A stretch of DNA of 64,000 nt, from contig NMRA01000005.1 in NCBI GenBank assembly GCA_002633005.1, positions 2,188,088 through 2,252,087 of the forward strand, read 5' to 3'. Positions within the stretch are counted from its first letter, which is position 1, and every line of letters starts with the position of its first letter. The notes below the pieces were generated by a model. That model was not told the origin of the DNA, ran no database searches, and saw only the letters and a program-made list of their open reading frames with translations. The position numbers and the translations under genes are program-made. Below are positions 12,388 to 26,137 of this stretch, in pieces. This DNA is from Phoronis australis (Eukaryota; Animalia; Phoronida).

Positions 12388-13724
12388 GTGTTGCACTATA
12401 ATTCAAAGTTATTGCTGGGTCTCAGTCTGACATGAAACATTTCAAACTTCTATTTTGTTGTGTTGGTATGTGTGGGAAGTGTCACTGCCGCATTAGAAAT
12501 TTTCTTATCGGAATTCATGATAAACAAGACGTTTATTATGTGTTGCTGCTTACGTGGCGTGAGAAAGTTGCACGTTCTCGAAATTGGTCGTTCTACTGTG
12601 GTTTATGAAGATTTTCTGACGTCGTTGTCGTCTGGTAAGATGAGTCTGGGGATTGAAACTGATTGAAGTGAGAGTTGGTTGATTTTGAGTAACGCAGTAA
12701 CCTAATAGTATTGTTTAACAATGGATTAAACATAAAGACTTCTTAAATCATAATCTTCATTTTTTCCGCAACAATCTGTCATGTTCATTACGCCAAATAT
12801 CAGATATCATTTGTCATATCGTGTTTGATATTACTTTATTTCTGTTTCTGTTGACAAAGGATGTTATTATATCCGAAAATTTCAGTGATCCATAATTGTT
12901 GTTTTATTTACCTATGTATATTTAACATAGGGAATATTCTTTGAGTGACTTTGTGTGATTGTTGATTTAATCCGTGTTGAATTGTAGTTCACATGTCTTA
13001 TAAGTGCACAACTGAGACTATGATCGGTTTTCTGGTCCTTCAGCTCTGTTTGCTGCACTGTAAACTGTTGAGGAATAAATTTTGTTGGTATTTTCATATT
13101 TTGTAACCCAATGACCACAAACAAAGTCAAATTGTAATTGAAAGTCGTGAACTTTATTAAGGTTTATTCAAGCACTATAGAGACTTACCTGTAAGTCTGA
13201 AGTAATATTTCCAGTCACACCAGGGTCTTCTCGAGGTAGACGAGATCCCAAATGCACTTATGGCGCCCTTTCAATAGTTTCAAGACCACGGTTGAGCATT
13301 GCGATTTACCAACAGGCGGAGGAAGCGTAATTGTGTGCTCACCTGCAACGGAAAGCAACTTAGTTTCACTCTAAGTTAAAACCGAAAAGTCTTTCAAAGG
13401 TAGTGACTCGTGAACTCATGTCCTTATGAGGAACTTCAGCCATAGTCTAGTGAGCGAATTTAACCAAATTACTCTTCGCTGGCCCTGATCAGACGGTTGG
13501 TCTCAGCAGAATGCGCACATTTGGCCAGAATTTGGATCATCGATTTCAACAAATTCACATTCGTGTACAAATAAATAGAACGCTGAAATAACCACCTGGA
13601 CCAGTCAAATTCTATCTCGCAATTCAGCAGCAGGTTACACAATATATGCCGCACAAAATCTCTCGACTGTAGTCTATGAAAATGCAACCAACTTCTTTGA
13701 AAACATGGAACAGGAACACCAGAG
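12388..13724 (+). repeat. Near-identical duplication, copy A (left of gap)
   Basis: Matches 14332-16253 with scattered SNPs and small indels, lacking about 580 bp. Confidence 0.95.
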
Positions 13725-14331
13725 NNNNNNNNNNNNNNNNNNNNNNNNNNNNNNNNNNNNNNNNNNNNNNNNNNNNNNNNNNNNNNNNNNNNNNNNNNNN
13801 NNNNNNNNNNNNNNNNNNNNNNNNNNNNNNNNNNNNNNNNNNNNNNNNNNNNNNNNNNNNNNNNNNNNNNNNNNNNNNNNNNNNNNNNNNNNNNNNNNNN
13901 NNNNNNNNNNNNNNNNNNNNNNNNNNNNNNNNNNNNNNNNNNNNNNNNNNNNNNNNNNNNNNNNNNNNNNNNNNNNNNNNNNNNNNNNNNNNNNNNNNNN
14001 NNNNNNNNNNNNNNNNNNNNNNNNNNNNNNNNNNNNNNNNNNNNNNNNNNNNNNNNNNNNNNNNNNNNNNNNNNNNNNNNNNNNNNNNNNNNNNNNNNNN
14101 NNNNNNNNNNNNNNNNNNNNNNNNNNNNNNNNNNNNNNNNNNNNNNNNNNNNNNNNNNNNNNNNNNNNNNNNNNNNNNNNNNNNNNNNNNNNNNNNNNNN
14201 NNNNNNNNNNNNNNNNNNNNNNNNNNNNNNNNNNNNNNNNNNNNNNNNNNNNNNNNNNNNNNNNNNNNNNNNNNNNNNNNNNNNNNNNNNNNNNNNNNNN
14301 NNNNNNNNNNNNNNNNNNNNNNNNNNNNNNN
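13725..14331. other. Assembly gap (other gaps at 517-546 and 37413-37664)
   Basis: Runs of N. Confidence 1.
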
Positions 14332-16253
14332 GTGTTGGACTATAATTCAAAGTTATTGCTGGGTCTCAGTCTGACATGAAACATTTCAAACTTCTATTTT
14401 GTTGTGTTGGTATGTGTGGGAAGTGTCACTGCCGCATTAGAAATTTTCTTATCGGAATTCATGATAAACAAAACGTTTATTATGTGTTGCTGCTTACGTG
14501 GCGTGAGAAAGTTGCACGTTCTCGAAATTGGTCGTTCTACTGTGGTTTATGAAGATTTTCTGAAGTCGTTGTCGTCTGGTAAGATGAGTCTGGGGATTGA
14601 AACTGATTGAAGTGAAAGAGTTGGTTGATTTTGAGTAACGCATTACCCCAATAGTATTGTTTAACAATGGATTAAACATAAAGACTTCTTAAATCATAAT
14701 CTTTATTTTTTTCCGAAACAATCTGTCATGTTCATTACGCCAAGTATCAGATATCATTTGTCAAATCGTGTTTGATATTACTTTATTTCTGTTTCTGTTG
14801 ACAAAGGATGTTATTACATCCGAAAATTTCAGTGATCCATAATTGTTGTTTTATTTACCATGTATATTTAACATAGGGAATATTCTTTGAGTGATTTTGT
14901 GTGATTGTTGATTTAATCCGTGTTGAATTGTAGTTTACATGTCTTATAAGTGCACAACTGAGACTATGATCGGTTTTCTGGTCCTTCAGCTCTGTTTGCT
15001 GCACTGTAAACTGTTGAGGAATAAATTTTGTTGGTATTTTCATAATATTTTGTAACCCAATGACCACAAAGTCAAATTGTAATTGAAAGTCGTGAACTTT
15101 ATTAAGGTTTATTCAAGCACTATAGAGACTTACCTGTAAGTCTGAAAGTAATATTTCCAGTCACACCAGGGTCTTCTCGAGGTAGACGAGATCCCAAATG
15201 CACTTATGGCCGCCCCCTTTCAGTAGTTTCAAGACCACGGTTGAGCATTGCGATTTACCAACAGGCGGAGGAAGCGTAATTGTGTGCTCACCTGCAACGG
15301 GAAGCGACTTAGTTTCACTCTAAGTTAAAACCGAAAATTGATTTTGTGTTCATAAAGCGTCTCTTTCCTGAATTTTCGTCATAAGTGTTGTCTTCGACAA
15401 ACACATATTTTGTCTTAAGTTAGAACACTTTTACGTGACTTAAAAGTCATTATTCAAGCAACGGACCTATGAGTTGCGTTCCGATGACACAAGAAACTCG
15501 CGAACACGCAAGATCATATGAAATATCGTCATGCATTACAAGAGAAGTACGTCGAGATCAAAACTCTTGCGACTACGGAACACGCTCCTATTTGTATTAT
15601 TAAATGGATTTGAAACTCCTGTCAACAGTGTGACTTCGCTATCTCTTTTACGGGTTTGCCGCGAAATGCAAAGGAATTAGCTTCCATACCACCCGAAGAC
15701 CCCATAACCGGCTGTGGGAAGAAAAGCTTACTTCTTGTGTCAACGTGAATGGCAGTTGTTTCAGCAATAAGACTTTATACATTTGTTCAAGGCACTTCGA
15801 AGATGAATGTTTTTAAGAGGCTCTACCACTTAATCCTGTCCTCACAATTCCATTTTTCTTTTTTCCGTTTTGATGAAAACTATCTGGTAAACTTTTTGAC
15901 GAAAATTGTCCGCTAAATTTCTTTCAAAGGTAGTGACTCGTGAACTCATGTCCTTACGAGGAACTTCAGCAATAGTCTAGTGAGCGAATTAACCAAATTA
16001 CTCTTCGCTGGCCCTGATCAGACGGTTGGTCTCAGCAGAATGCGCACATTTGGCCAGGATTTGGATCAGCGATTTCAACAAATTCACATTCGTGTACAAA
16101 TAAATAGAACGCTGAAATAACCACCTGAACCAGTCAAATTCTATCTCGCAATTCAGCAGCAGGTTACACAATATATGCCGCACAAAATCTCTCGACTGTA
16201 GTCTATGAAAATGCAACCAACTTCTTTGAAAACATGGAACAGGAACACCAGAG
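14332..16253 (+). repeat. Near-identical duplication, copy B (right of gap)
   Basis: Begins exactly at the gap edge; has extra segment ~15338-15919. Confidence 0.95.
15673..15816 (+). pseudogene. Degenerate THAP-domain remnant
   Basis: GISFHTTRRPHNRLWEEKLTSCVNVNGSCFSNKTLYICSRHFEDECF*; contains the gisfh, W and CSxHFxxxcf THAP motifs. Confidence 0.7.
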
Positions 16254-16507
16254 GGGTGTGAAGGTTGCTTTTATTCTTCAATGTTAAAATTTTGTAAGCG
16301 GACAAATGTTTTTTAAATTTCTGCCTTAAGTTCTAACATTTCCAAACTTAAGTCATTCAAACGAACGTTTATGACGAGAACAAAATTCTTCAACCAGTTT
16401 TGTAAAGTCCTATGCCACCTGTAGGGTACATAATGAGCCAATCCCACTCCTAATGTAACAAAAGGGTCCCGTGCATAACGGATACTAAGTATTGCCCTTC
16501 TGAAATA

Positions 16508-17118
16508 TTGCCGTATTCGCCCTAATAAGCGGCCAGGGCTCTTAGAAAAATCCGCTTCAGGAAGGGGGCGCTTATTATAGCCCAAAAGTGGTTGAAACCC
16601 GGAGACCGGGTGAAATCGTAAGCTAGGAATACATCAAATTTACGCTCTGTGACGAATCTGTAACCTACGACAGAGTTTCTACAAAACTGCAGTGTATTGC
16701 TATTAAACTTTGTTGTCAACTTACGAGCATTTTTCAGAAAATCCCACTGCCAAAAATTGCCGTGAATCAGGTTTTAAGCTCCTCAGCTTGGTTTAATTAT
16801 ATATTAATAAACCATAAAAATGGTTCTAAGTGATCAGTGCAATGCCTGCGCATGTCTAATAAATGTGTATCATGCAGCTCCTGATTTAAACAAAGGTCTG
16901 TTTTTTAATTTTGGTCCGGTATAAATAACGCCACAGACCTGGAAAACCAGCGAAACACTTCTACCTTACAAATCTGACAATCCCTAGTCTCAGAAAATTT
17001 GAGCACCCAGCAAAAGATACTAATGATTGGTCCCGATGCCAACACAATATGTGATAAAGCCCAACAAAGTCAAGTTGCACTCAAATCAGGATGGGCATAA
17101 CTAAGGAAATTTACTGTA
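16508..17118. mobile_element. Degenerate Tc1/pogo-type MITE
   Basis: Left end CCGTATTCGCCCTAATAAGCG with internal GGGGCGCTTATT; right end GGGCATAACTAAGGAAATTTACTGTA. Confidence 0.45.
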
Positions 17119-18735
17119 TCAACAGATTGGCCAAATAAGAATAAGATACAAAGTGTTGCTACAGTGTACACGTGCACGATACTTTGTCTATTATTTTCCC
17201 GCCGTAAATGCATGAACCAATCAGATCACCAATGGCGCAAAGTTTTCGAAAACAGCTCGATTTTTAGGGAGTCCTGTTACTGTTCTATTTATTTTCAAAA
17301 CTTTTTTGTGTTACATTTAATTTATTTTCTGTTCAACTGAATGAAGCCACCTAATATGAATGCATTCAACACAATTAATGCATTGTAAAAAACAAAAGTT
17401 ATGCTCTATCAACGTTAGACAAAATCAGGACACCCCTTTCTTAAAAAATGGGTTAAAAGTTAGAAACTCGTAACGTCGATTTTCGACATTGATGTTGGGG
17501 AGGAACATCGGTCTGGCGACAGCAACACGGAATCGTACGAAGGCGGTGATTTTCAAAATTTGATTCGTTTTCGTTGTATGTCTTTTTCCCTATGGTCCAG
17601 GGTTACTTCTGAATCCAGGAACAAGAACTGAAAGAGGCAGGGTTCGTGATAACGTTGGAGAACGGTAACATTTATATAAGGCGTTACAACTGTCATCGAT
17701 ATTGTCATCTCCTCTGTTTTCATCCAACCTTCCCAGATGAAAACTTGAACGAAGAGGACCTTCAGTACTTGAGTGAGCATGGTATACTGTGGGATTTACG
17801 TTGAATTATTCAACGGATCTTTTGAGAACCATTTCACGCTATACCTACAACCAACGGTCCTTTTAGTTTTAAGGGCCCGGACTCAACACTTCCAAAAAGA
17901 ACTGCTCACTTTAGAATGTTGAATTATAAACATGCAAAGGTTAAACTAGTCAAATCGTTGCAGAGGCGCATTTTTTAATTCGAAAAAAATTGATATTTTT
18001 CTAAACCAAAAACGTTATATAAGTATCTTTTACATTCACAGTACTCCTTGGAATTTGTGCACAAACATGCTTTCGTAGTTTTCTCAGTAGGCCTATGTGA
18101 ACCATAAATCACAAACTGTTCAATAACTATGCTGCTATGCTATTGGGCAAGCAGACGACATAATCAGTCGGCACCGAAGTTTGAATTTAGTAATTAGTTA
18201 TCAGTAGCATTGCCAAAAGTACTCACGTTAGCAACACTTCTACTATTGAAATACTTTGGACAGCGTTTCAATGCCGAAATTAATATTTTTTTGTTGTACT
18301 GGACAGTAATGTAGATGCAAATATTTCTCGTCAAAATACACTAACCGGAAACTGTACCAGAAAGGTCAGGAGAGTAGCGGCGCCTCTTGGCTAGCACGTA
18401 AGAAAATGCCGGAGTTGCGAATCTGTTGTCTATAATCTATGGTCTGTGCTAGCTCAAGTTAAGTGTCCCTTAGTTTTAGTGTATGCTCGAACAGTCATGT
18501 CTTTCGTGGACGAATGTCTGTTCCTAGTTTGCACTTGACGATTTTGGCATTAAATTTCGAGTATTTACTCGAAGTCTCATGTTTTACTATAGTTTGCTGC
18601 TCATCCAGTAGTCTTCAAATACGAAATTGGACTTGAAGTTCATGTGCGTAAATTATGTGACGGAGCACAGAAGAATAGACAGTTATCTTAAGTTCAGTCA
18701 AAAGTACTAAAGAAAATGGCAAAAATAATTTCGCC

Positions 18736-18772
18736 CGTGCGCGCGCGCGCCTGTACATGTGTGTGTGTGTGC

Positions 18773-18803
<31 letters not shown>

Positions 18804-18806
18804 TGT
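18736..18806. repeat. Compound (GC)n/(GT)n microsatellite
   Basis: Alternating purine-pyrimidine run. Confidence 0.95.
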
Positions 18807-21800
18807 CGTTGAGATTTTCACATTAATACTTCATTAACTTATGTAGCAGCGTCTAGCAATCAAATGTGAACTAAATTGCTGTGCAAATCTATATAAATCA
18901 AATCAAACCATTAGGTTATAAAAGATCTATTAGCGAAGGGCAAGATAATATAAGGCTTGCTTAAAAATGTATTATATCATACATCATTATTCATAGACAA
19001 CAGACTCGCAACTCCGATATTTTATTATGAAATTCCCAGCGGAGGCGCTTTTTACTTCGCCACATCAAAGATCATACACAACATATTCGCCACTTGTTTT
19101 CCTATGAAATTTACAAAGGAGGTGCCACTCCCTTCTAATGCGCATTAGCTTCCGTGTTGTAAACATACGACGTACGTGCCGGAAGTTAAGCGAGCTATCA
19201 CACGAGGCTCAGCAAAGTCGCGGCCAATAGTTTGTCCGGCGCGACTTGTGAGCAAATGACTGATCTTGTGCATTGAGAAATAAAACTGCGATGGCAGTGT
19301 AAGTACTACTACAGTCAATGGTTTCATAGACACACTTCTTGTGCTAATATCAGCTTCCAGTTAATTTATTTGGACGAGAAATTCTAGCTGAGTTCCACAG
19401 ATCCAAGAATCTCGAGTAAGGAAGCTAGAGTGGCTTGTAATACTTAACTATATTTCCCGAAGTCTCCCATGATCTTGAGCTTTCGTGAGGTGCCTCTACG
19501 GAACGCACGTCCTGTAGACTAAACGATTTCGGCCACATTGACCGTTCAACGCCTCTTAAGGGGAATTTTTACATTAGTTCAGGAAGTGAAGCCGAACAAT
19601 TCAAGCTCTAACTGTTATTAGCAGACGTAAAATAGGCTTTCTGGGCAGGCCACTACTGTTGAAGAAGGGCGTCAGTACCTACTAATGCGCCAGGTCACAG
19701 ATGGTGAGCATCGAGAATACACTGAGTTGGTTGTCTATGCACTATAGACTACATTTGTATGGAAAGGGGTAACTTCTGAAAGATGTCGGAGTATGATACC
19801 CCTCTTCCCAATATTTGTCTTTTTTAAATAATTAAAATTGTGCACGTTGGTCACGGATAGAAAATGGTGGACTAAGAATCTTTTCAAAGGAGCGTTTGAA
19901 TCAGAGCGTTTTAAAAAATGGTTTTGTGTGGACCATTTATCCGTTTGCGACCAATTTGTCCTGCCCTGTAACTGGAGATTGTCTTAGGGTAATTAAGTTT
20001 TCCCGCCAATTTTCCCATGTGGTACTCTGAGTAGACACGAGACAAGATGTTCCAGAAACAAGTTCACGGCTATTACCGTGATAACGTTTTATTCTCGAGT
20101 AGCATTCTCATCTAACGAGCCTTTCTTACAAATTAGCTTCAGATCGACTCCTTTCACCAGTTTAAGTACTGAAATAGGATAGTGTTAGAAAGTATTAGGT
20201 AATGCAATTTTAATCCAAATTTTAGATCAATTAATATCAGAATTACAATTCATTTTGAATGTGCTCAATTAATGTCGCCATAGAAAATATATAGAGCTAG
20301 TTGATGGTACGATATTTTTGTTCTTGACGCAGCGCCAATCATCTACATTAACAAAATAGACGCTGAAATGTCATTTTGTCTTTGCTGTAATGTTCATGCG
20401 CGTGGTAATGGAAAATGAAAGTTCTTACCTCAGACCAACAGGAAATCATTAATGTTTTGGCCGTAAACATGAACTGTTACATCGCCCGTTCAAGAACTGA
20501 ATTACTGATGCCATTGTTCAATTTTCTAAATCTCAATACACTATTACACTGATAGAAAAGTTCGCAGATAATAGAACAATTAGTTGTTAACATGGTTTGA
20601 TCAAATATTTATATTTTCATGAACCTTATCGTCAGTCAATGACTGAGGTTCTCGACACAATCGCAAAAATGTTGTCCCTGCGCGGTGATGGTTAATATAA
20701 ATGATTTTGTGTGGATAATTTTTTCTCAATGACATTATTTCTGAAACCATAAGCTATATTTTAGCTGGAAAAAAGAATAATAAAGCACAAGACTCGAGCC
20801 TACAATGTTGTAATGACTTCAACAGCTCCATGCGTTTGTAACTAGGACCATACTGGCTGTTCCATAAGCGATGATTTCTCACCGAAAGTGCGTCGCGAGT
20901 GTCTTGGGTGTACGGAACGCAGAGCTATTCTTCATGCCTGAACTGCAACAGTGAGAGCAAAATTTTACTCTCTGTTTTTGGTGTTATCCCTCAAGTCAAA
21001 GGCAAATTCTTAAATCTTCATCTTTATCTCTGTTAAGCTGACTAAAACCAAAACTGAAATAGACCTTAATAAAATACTCTCTTGTGAACTCGGTCTCAAT
21101 ATTTTGTTTACAGTGACTGAACTCTTTTTCCAGTACCAAAACGATCATCGAAACCATTATCGACTCAAGAAAGCGCTACGAGTTTGGCCAAACTCGATAT
21201 GAAAATTCGAAATTGGTGCATTTGTGCATTGTATGTGACTTGAGTTGCCGGCTCATTTGGCAACATTTCAACACTCGATGAGACTGGTTAAATTTACAAA
21301 CCTCAAAGCCCTCAGTTGAAGCGGGTATAAATTCTCCGGCCACTTACAACCCAATTTAATTTAGACCACTTATCGTTATAAAATCGGTTTCAATTTCTTT
21401 AGACTTTCACACTACTGATGGTTCGTTATTCTTCGAGACAATGCTCTGCGCATAAAATGACACGCCGTGTCAAGCCTACTTGTACAAGCAAGCTGCTCTT
21501 AAACACTAACCAACTGCCATTTTTTGATGCCCTGAAATTACCATTAATTTGATTAAGGAACAATTTTAGACCAACTTCATGTCAGTGGTCTAAATCAAAA
21601 GTCGTTTGTTTGACGTAAGGCGGCGTTGTAGCCACTTTACTAACAGTGGTAGATAACAGCGGCGAAATGCGATGCTGGGACTGCGGGTGTTAGTCGGTCA
21701 CTGCGCACAATTCAATGCAGAGCTGAAAAGATCCCGGAGTGGAATGAAGGTTACCACGACTTTACTCGGACTGGTTGGCGTTTTATAGGAACTTTTCATT

Positions 21801-21869
21801 TCAGTAAATTAAGTTTTATGAAAACGACTGAAAAGGTTCAAGATGCCTTTTATTAACAGATACTGTAAA

Positions 21870-22060
21870 CTACTTTCCCGTCCAGTTCTCTGCACAGTGA
21901 AACCCTCGACAACCCTCAAAAGTTTGTAGGAAAATTTGAAAACTCCTTTCAAAGTCCGCTAAACATGCGAGCAGGACCTTCGCTTTTAGCGAAGTAAACT
22001 GCAACTGTGGGAAAAGATCACCCAACAAAGACCTTAATGTCCAATTTGTGAGACCTTTAA
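21870..22060 (+). repeat. Interspersed repeat family, partial copy 1
   Basis: Shares AACCCTCGACA and AACTGTGGGAAAAGA...CCAA...GACC(T/A)TAATGTC with 47325-47652 and 50001-50301. Confidence 0.7.
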
Positions 22061-22462
22061 AAGTATACATATAGTTGAGGAAATTGCGTTGACATCCCTG
22101 CATCCCCCCCACTAAAACCGTAGTTCAGATCCTGGTTTTGTAAGCTCTCCCTGATAAGTCATTCTTGAGACTGGAGTCGCACGAGATCATTAATTCGCAG
22201 AGACCAATACATTCCCATTAACCTTGTTTCTAGTCACGCACAGTGTAGTCTAGTGGACATTTTTTGCACTTAGAAATGTTGACTGAAGTATTGGAGTTAT
22301 TTATTAGAAGGTTCCAGGTGTGTGGCGAAGGAGTCACACGGCGGGATGTAAGCTCCTGTCACCATCCAGTGGGAGTGCATCGCGGGACACTCGGGCAAGT
22401 GGAACAGTTGTTCCTCCGTCCGTGGGATGCTTGAGGTCCACTTTACCATATCCAATGGCGTG

Positions 22463-23326
22463 TATGAGGGGCGGAAAGTATAAAAATTGAGAAAAAAGAA
22501 AATGAACTCTGTTTTGTTTTGTAAATTTAACTCTGAACTTAATAAATTCAATCCTATTTATACTATAATTAAACCCTGTTTCGTAAATTCAATTCTATCG
22601 AAGTAATTCAACCTAATTTAAAATAAAAATCGAACGTGTTTGATAATTCAAAGTAGTTTGAAAATGTAATTCAACTCTATAATATCCATCTTGTTCATAA
22701 GATTCGTTGCTTTTGTAAAATCAGTTGCTGTTTTAAAGACTCATGCTACACACAGTAATTCAATCCCGTTACGGAGATTCAGTCAACATTCGTAAACTGA
22801 GCGTGTTTTAATCGATAGTGTTTTGATAGAAAACTATCGTGGTTCGAAGATTCTGTTTTGCAAATCCTGTCGGTGTGAAGCATTATTACTGATTGCAAAT
22901 GGCGGAGCCCACCCTGGCGCTCATTGTCAATTAGATTAAACATTCAAGAGCAGGTTGTTGCAGAAGATTTTATGAGCGTTCGTCTCGAAGGCTTTTGGAT
23001 CTGCCTGACTTGGAAGGAGCAGCGTTATTACTGATGACGGGCCTCAGCTTTTCATAGCAGGATTAATTTTAGGAATCGCCGACAGGATTGATGAAACACT
23101 CGATTAATACAACACGCTCGGTTCTCCGAAACAGGTTCGCTTCTAAACAGGGTTGTTTTACATAGAATTGAATTTACAAAACAGGAATGCTTTTTAAGTA
23201 GTATTAAATTTACAAAACACGACTTAATTATATTTTAAATAGGGTTGAATTTATTAAATAGAGTTGAATTTACACCGAACAGGGTTGGCTTTCCTTTTTC
23301 ACAATTTTTGCCCTTTCCACCTCTAA
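22463..23326. mobile_element. MITE with long imperfect TIRs built of AATTCAAC(C/T)CT subrepeats
   Basis: Left GAGGGGCGGAAAGTATAAAAATTGAGAAAAAAGAAA...; right reverse complement GAGGTGGAAAGGGCAAAAATTGTGAAAAAGGAAA...; ends resemble those of 9214-9397. Confidence 0.7.
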
Positions 23327-26137
23327 GATTCTCACACTAAACTCGAACAAAGAAACAAAATGCCCCCGAAACGTCATTTTCTAAACAGGGCATCATCAGT
23401 TGATTAAATTACGGGAAGCTGTAATTATATGAAAAATATGTCTGGGATAATCAACAAACCGTATTTTTCAGTAAAAATGACGTGAAAAGGGTTGCTTTCT
23501 CATTAAGCACGGTGCCCATTTTGTGGAAACTGTGTTGGGTCTGAAGGCCACAAGAACAATTTGGATGAATTTTTTATTACTTATGTCGAAACAGGCGGAG
23601 AATAAACTGCGTCTTGAATAAGCTGGCTTAACAGAAGAAAACAGTGAACGAAAATTTCAGCTTGAGAGATGTTTCTCTGCATGTGAATATTACTGACTAG
23701 TTTGGTTCGATTCACTGTTTTTGTACAGTGAAAGAGGCTTTTTCATCTATCGTCTACCTGTTAACTTGTTGGTGATATTAAAGTATTCTTTACAACTGAG
23801 CTACTTTTTACTATATGACAAAACATTATGCAAATTTGTCCTCTACGATTGACGCTTACTTTCTCGCTAAAACATCAACTTTTTACAGGCGCATTTGCCC
23901 AGCCAAACAACGTTTATTTTTGGCTGAAACAGAAATTATTTTCAATAAACACCCTAGAAATACGTAAAAGGGATATTATGAGAGTTACCCTCAGACACGC
24001 TTCTGGGATATTGTTATTTAGGATAGAGTTAGAAGTTATTACCATTAAATGACGAGAACCATAAAACGACATCAACCGTTGTATTTTTGCAGTTTTTATT
24101 GTAAATCGCAAATTTTCATCGTTGTCTGCCAGACATTCGATGAAACCGAGGCCGGTGTCTTTCAATATGCTTAAAATACTCTGCTCGTGGGATTTGGATC
24201 AGCGGTAGAGCGTTCAGCTGCAACTGCGGAACCAGTGTGTGCTTCTTATAAAATCCACAAAATTACTTTTCTCACCGAGAATGTTTAACGGACATACTGC
24301 TGAACCGCCGTGACAAGCAAGTTATGTGCGTGGACTACAACAATAACGATCTGTTCGTTCTTATTATTTCTAACCTGAAATAGTTCTTAACTTTTTTTCA
24401 TTCAATTTACGTTACAAAATATAATTTTATAATTTTTCTGTCCTAACGTCTACCGTAAGGACAGCTTGGGTGAAAAAGAATAGTACTTTTTAAAACCAAA
24501 TCATTGCTTGAAATAAGACTGGTGAAGTTTAATTATTTTTTTACTTGTGTTGATAGATTTCTCTCAAAATTGAAAATGCGATGTCATCGGTTTTACCCAA
24601 TGTAAGCAGGCCTGTGACATTTCGAGAATTTAAGCAAATTCACTTCTTTACTTAAAACTTACGAATTTTGTCTTAATGGTATTTATAATCGTCGAACATT
24701 CTGTTAGGGTGACATGTGTGTAACCGAAACTCTGTTTGCATAAGACGTATTTCACACTCGCAGTGTTACAAGGGTTTCTAATCGCTTTTTCAATCACCCT
24801 CCTTATTGAGATTTTTGTGCCACAGCCTTGCCGTTACGGAGATACGTACCGCAATGCAACACGGAATTACAAATTTTTGTGTCAATTACACAACGATTAT
24901 AGGAATCCTATTCCAGACTTTTTGATTACTGGCATGTTTTTGTTATAACCATTCCTAGTATTAGTGTGATCAAAGGTTTTGATACGCAGTCACTGATTGA
25001 TAACACCCCCGGGGAAATAAGAGAGTAGAATGATACAGACTGCCAGTTTATGTAACGAAGAGCTAGAAATGTCGAAGACAACTACAAAACAACATTTCTT
25101 CAAATAGTTTACTTCCTTCTAAAGTTTAAAAGACCAGAAACTGTATTGTAAGTAAATAATCCTGGCACACATTTTGATCTGAATCTAATGATTTAGACTG
25201 AAGCTAGTTCATGGGATATTTAATGTTAATAAGTTAGAGGCTCATTGATTATTTGGCTTAAATTTGAATGAAGAGGACGATATTATGTTCTGTCTTTTAT
25301 GTGCCTGGACAAAGAAGTGCGTAATACTCAACACTGACACACAATGAACTCCATACGCAAACATTAAAGGACACTTAAAAGCTCGTCTACAATCGCACCC
25401 AATAAGCAAGAGGGGATTCACTTCACGCCAGGATTTTATTTGTTACCCTGCGTGACAGTCCCAATTTTATAAAGATTAATGAAATGTTTGATGTTGTCAT
25501 AAGAAGTAGCAGTCCGTTTCAGGTCACAGCTGTGTTAGTGCACGGTGTAGAAGCGGCTATTACACAGGTTGCGTGTTACCAGGACTGTCAAGTGGCGGTT
25601 GTAGAGTTACTCTGTCAATACAGACTGCTCACAGATAGTTGAAACATTTATTCAAACGTACCATAAGCATTTGTTCATGAGGAATATTAGCGTCCGGTAG
25701 GTTGACAATAGACTTTACAAGTTATGGTGTAGCTTTGCTACAAAAAATGATGTATATATAAGTGTGCTTACGCCGGTTTACGTTTGAAGTTTGTATTCTT
25801 AAATGCACAGAAAGTGTAATTCAGAAAGTACTCTCTACAAATGGTTCTGTTTGGTATGAATGCCAAGTTTGTTGCTTTTTCGTGCCATTCCTAAGTTTGT
25901 CAATCATATTGGTCCAATAAACGCTGGTAACACTTCCGCTATTGTACAGTAGATATGGTAAAGATAACAAAAGTATAGAAACACAAATACTTTAAGATGT
26001 AATAACAATATTGTATCCTAAGAGTGCCAATATTTGCTCGGCTATGCGTAATTCGTCAAATCGATTTATAACTAATGGTAAAAATAACACCATCACATAA
26101 ATGCATGTAGTTCGATCTCTTTTCAGTTAAACTCCAG

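Noticed and set aside
13469-14379. Long ORFs of 224-293 aa
   Set aside because: They run through the N gap; artefacts
12460-16216. Duplicated small ORFs (68-72 aa) as a tandem gene pair
   Set aside because: Mostly non-ATG starts, no motifs, and the duplication is probably allelic
22297-22460. GC-richer block resembling an exon
   Set aside because: No convincing splice-site pair or protein motif; sits beside a MITE end
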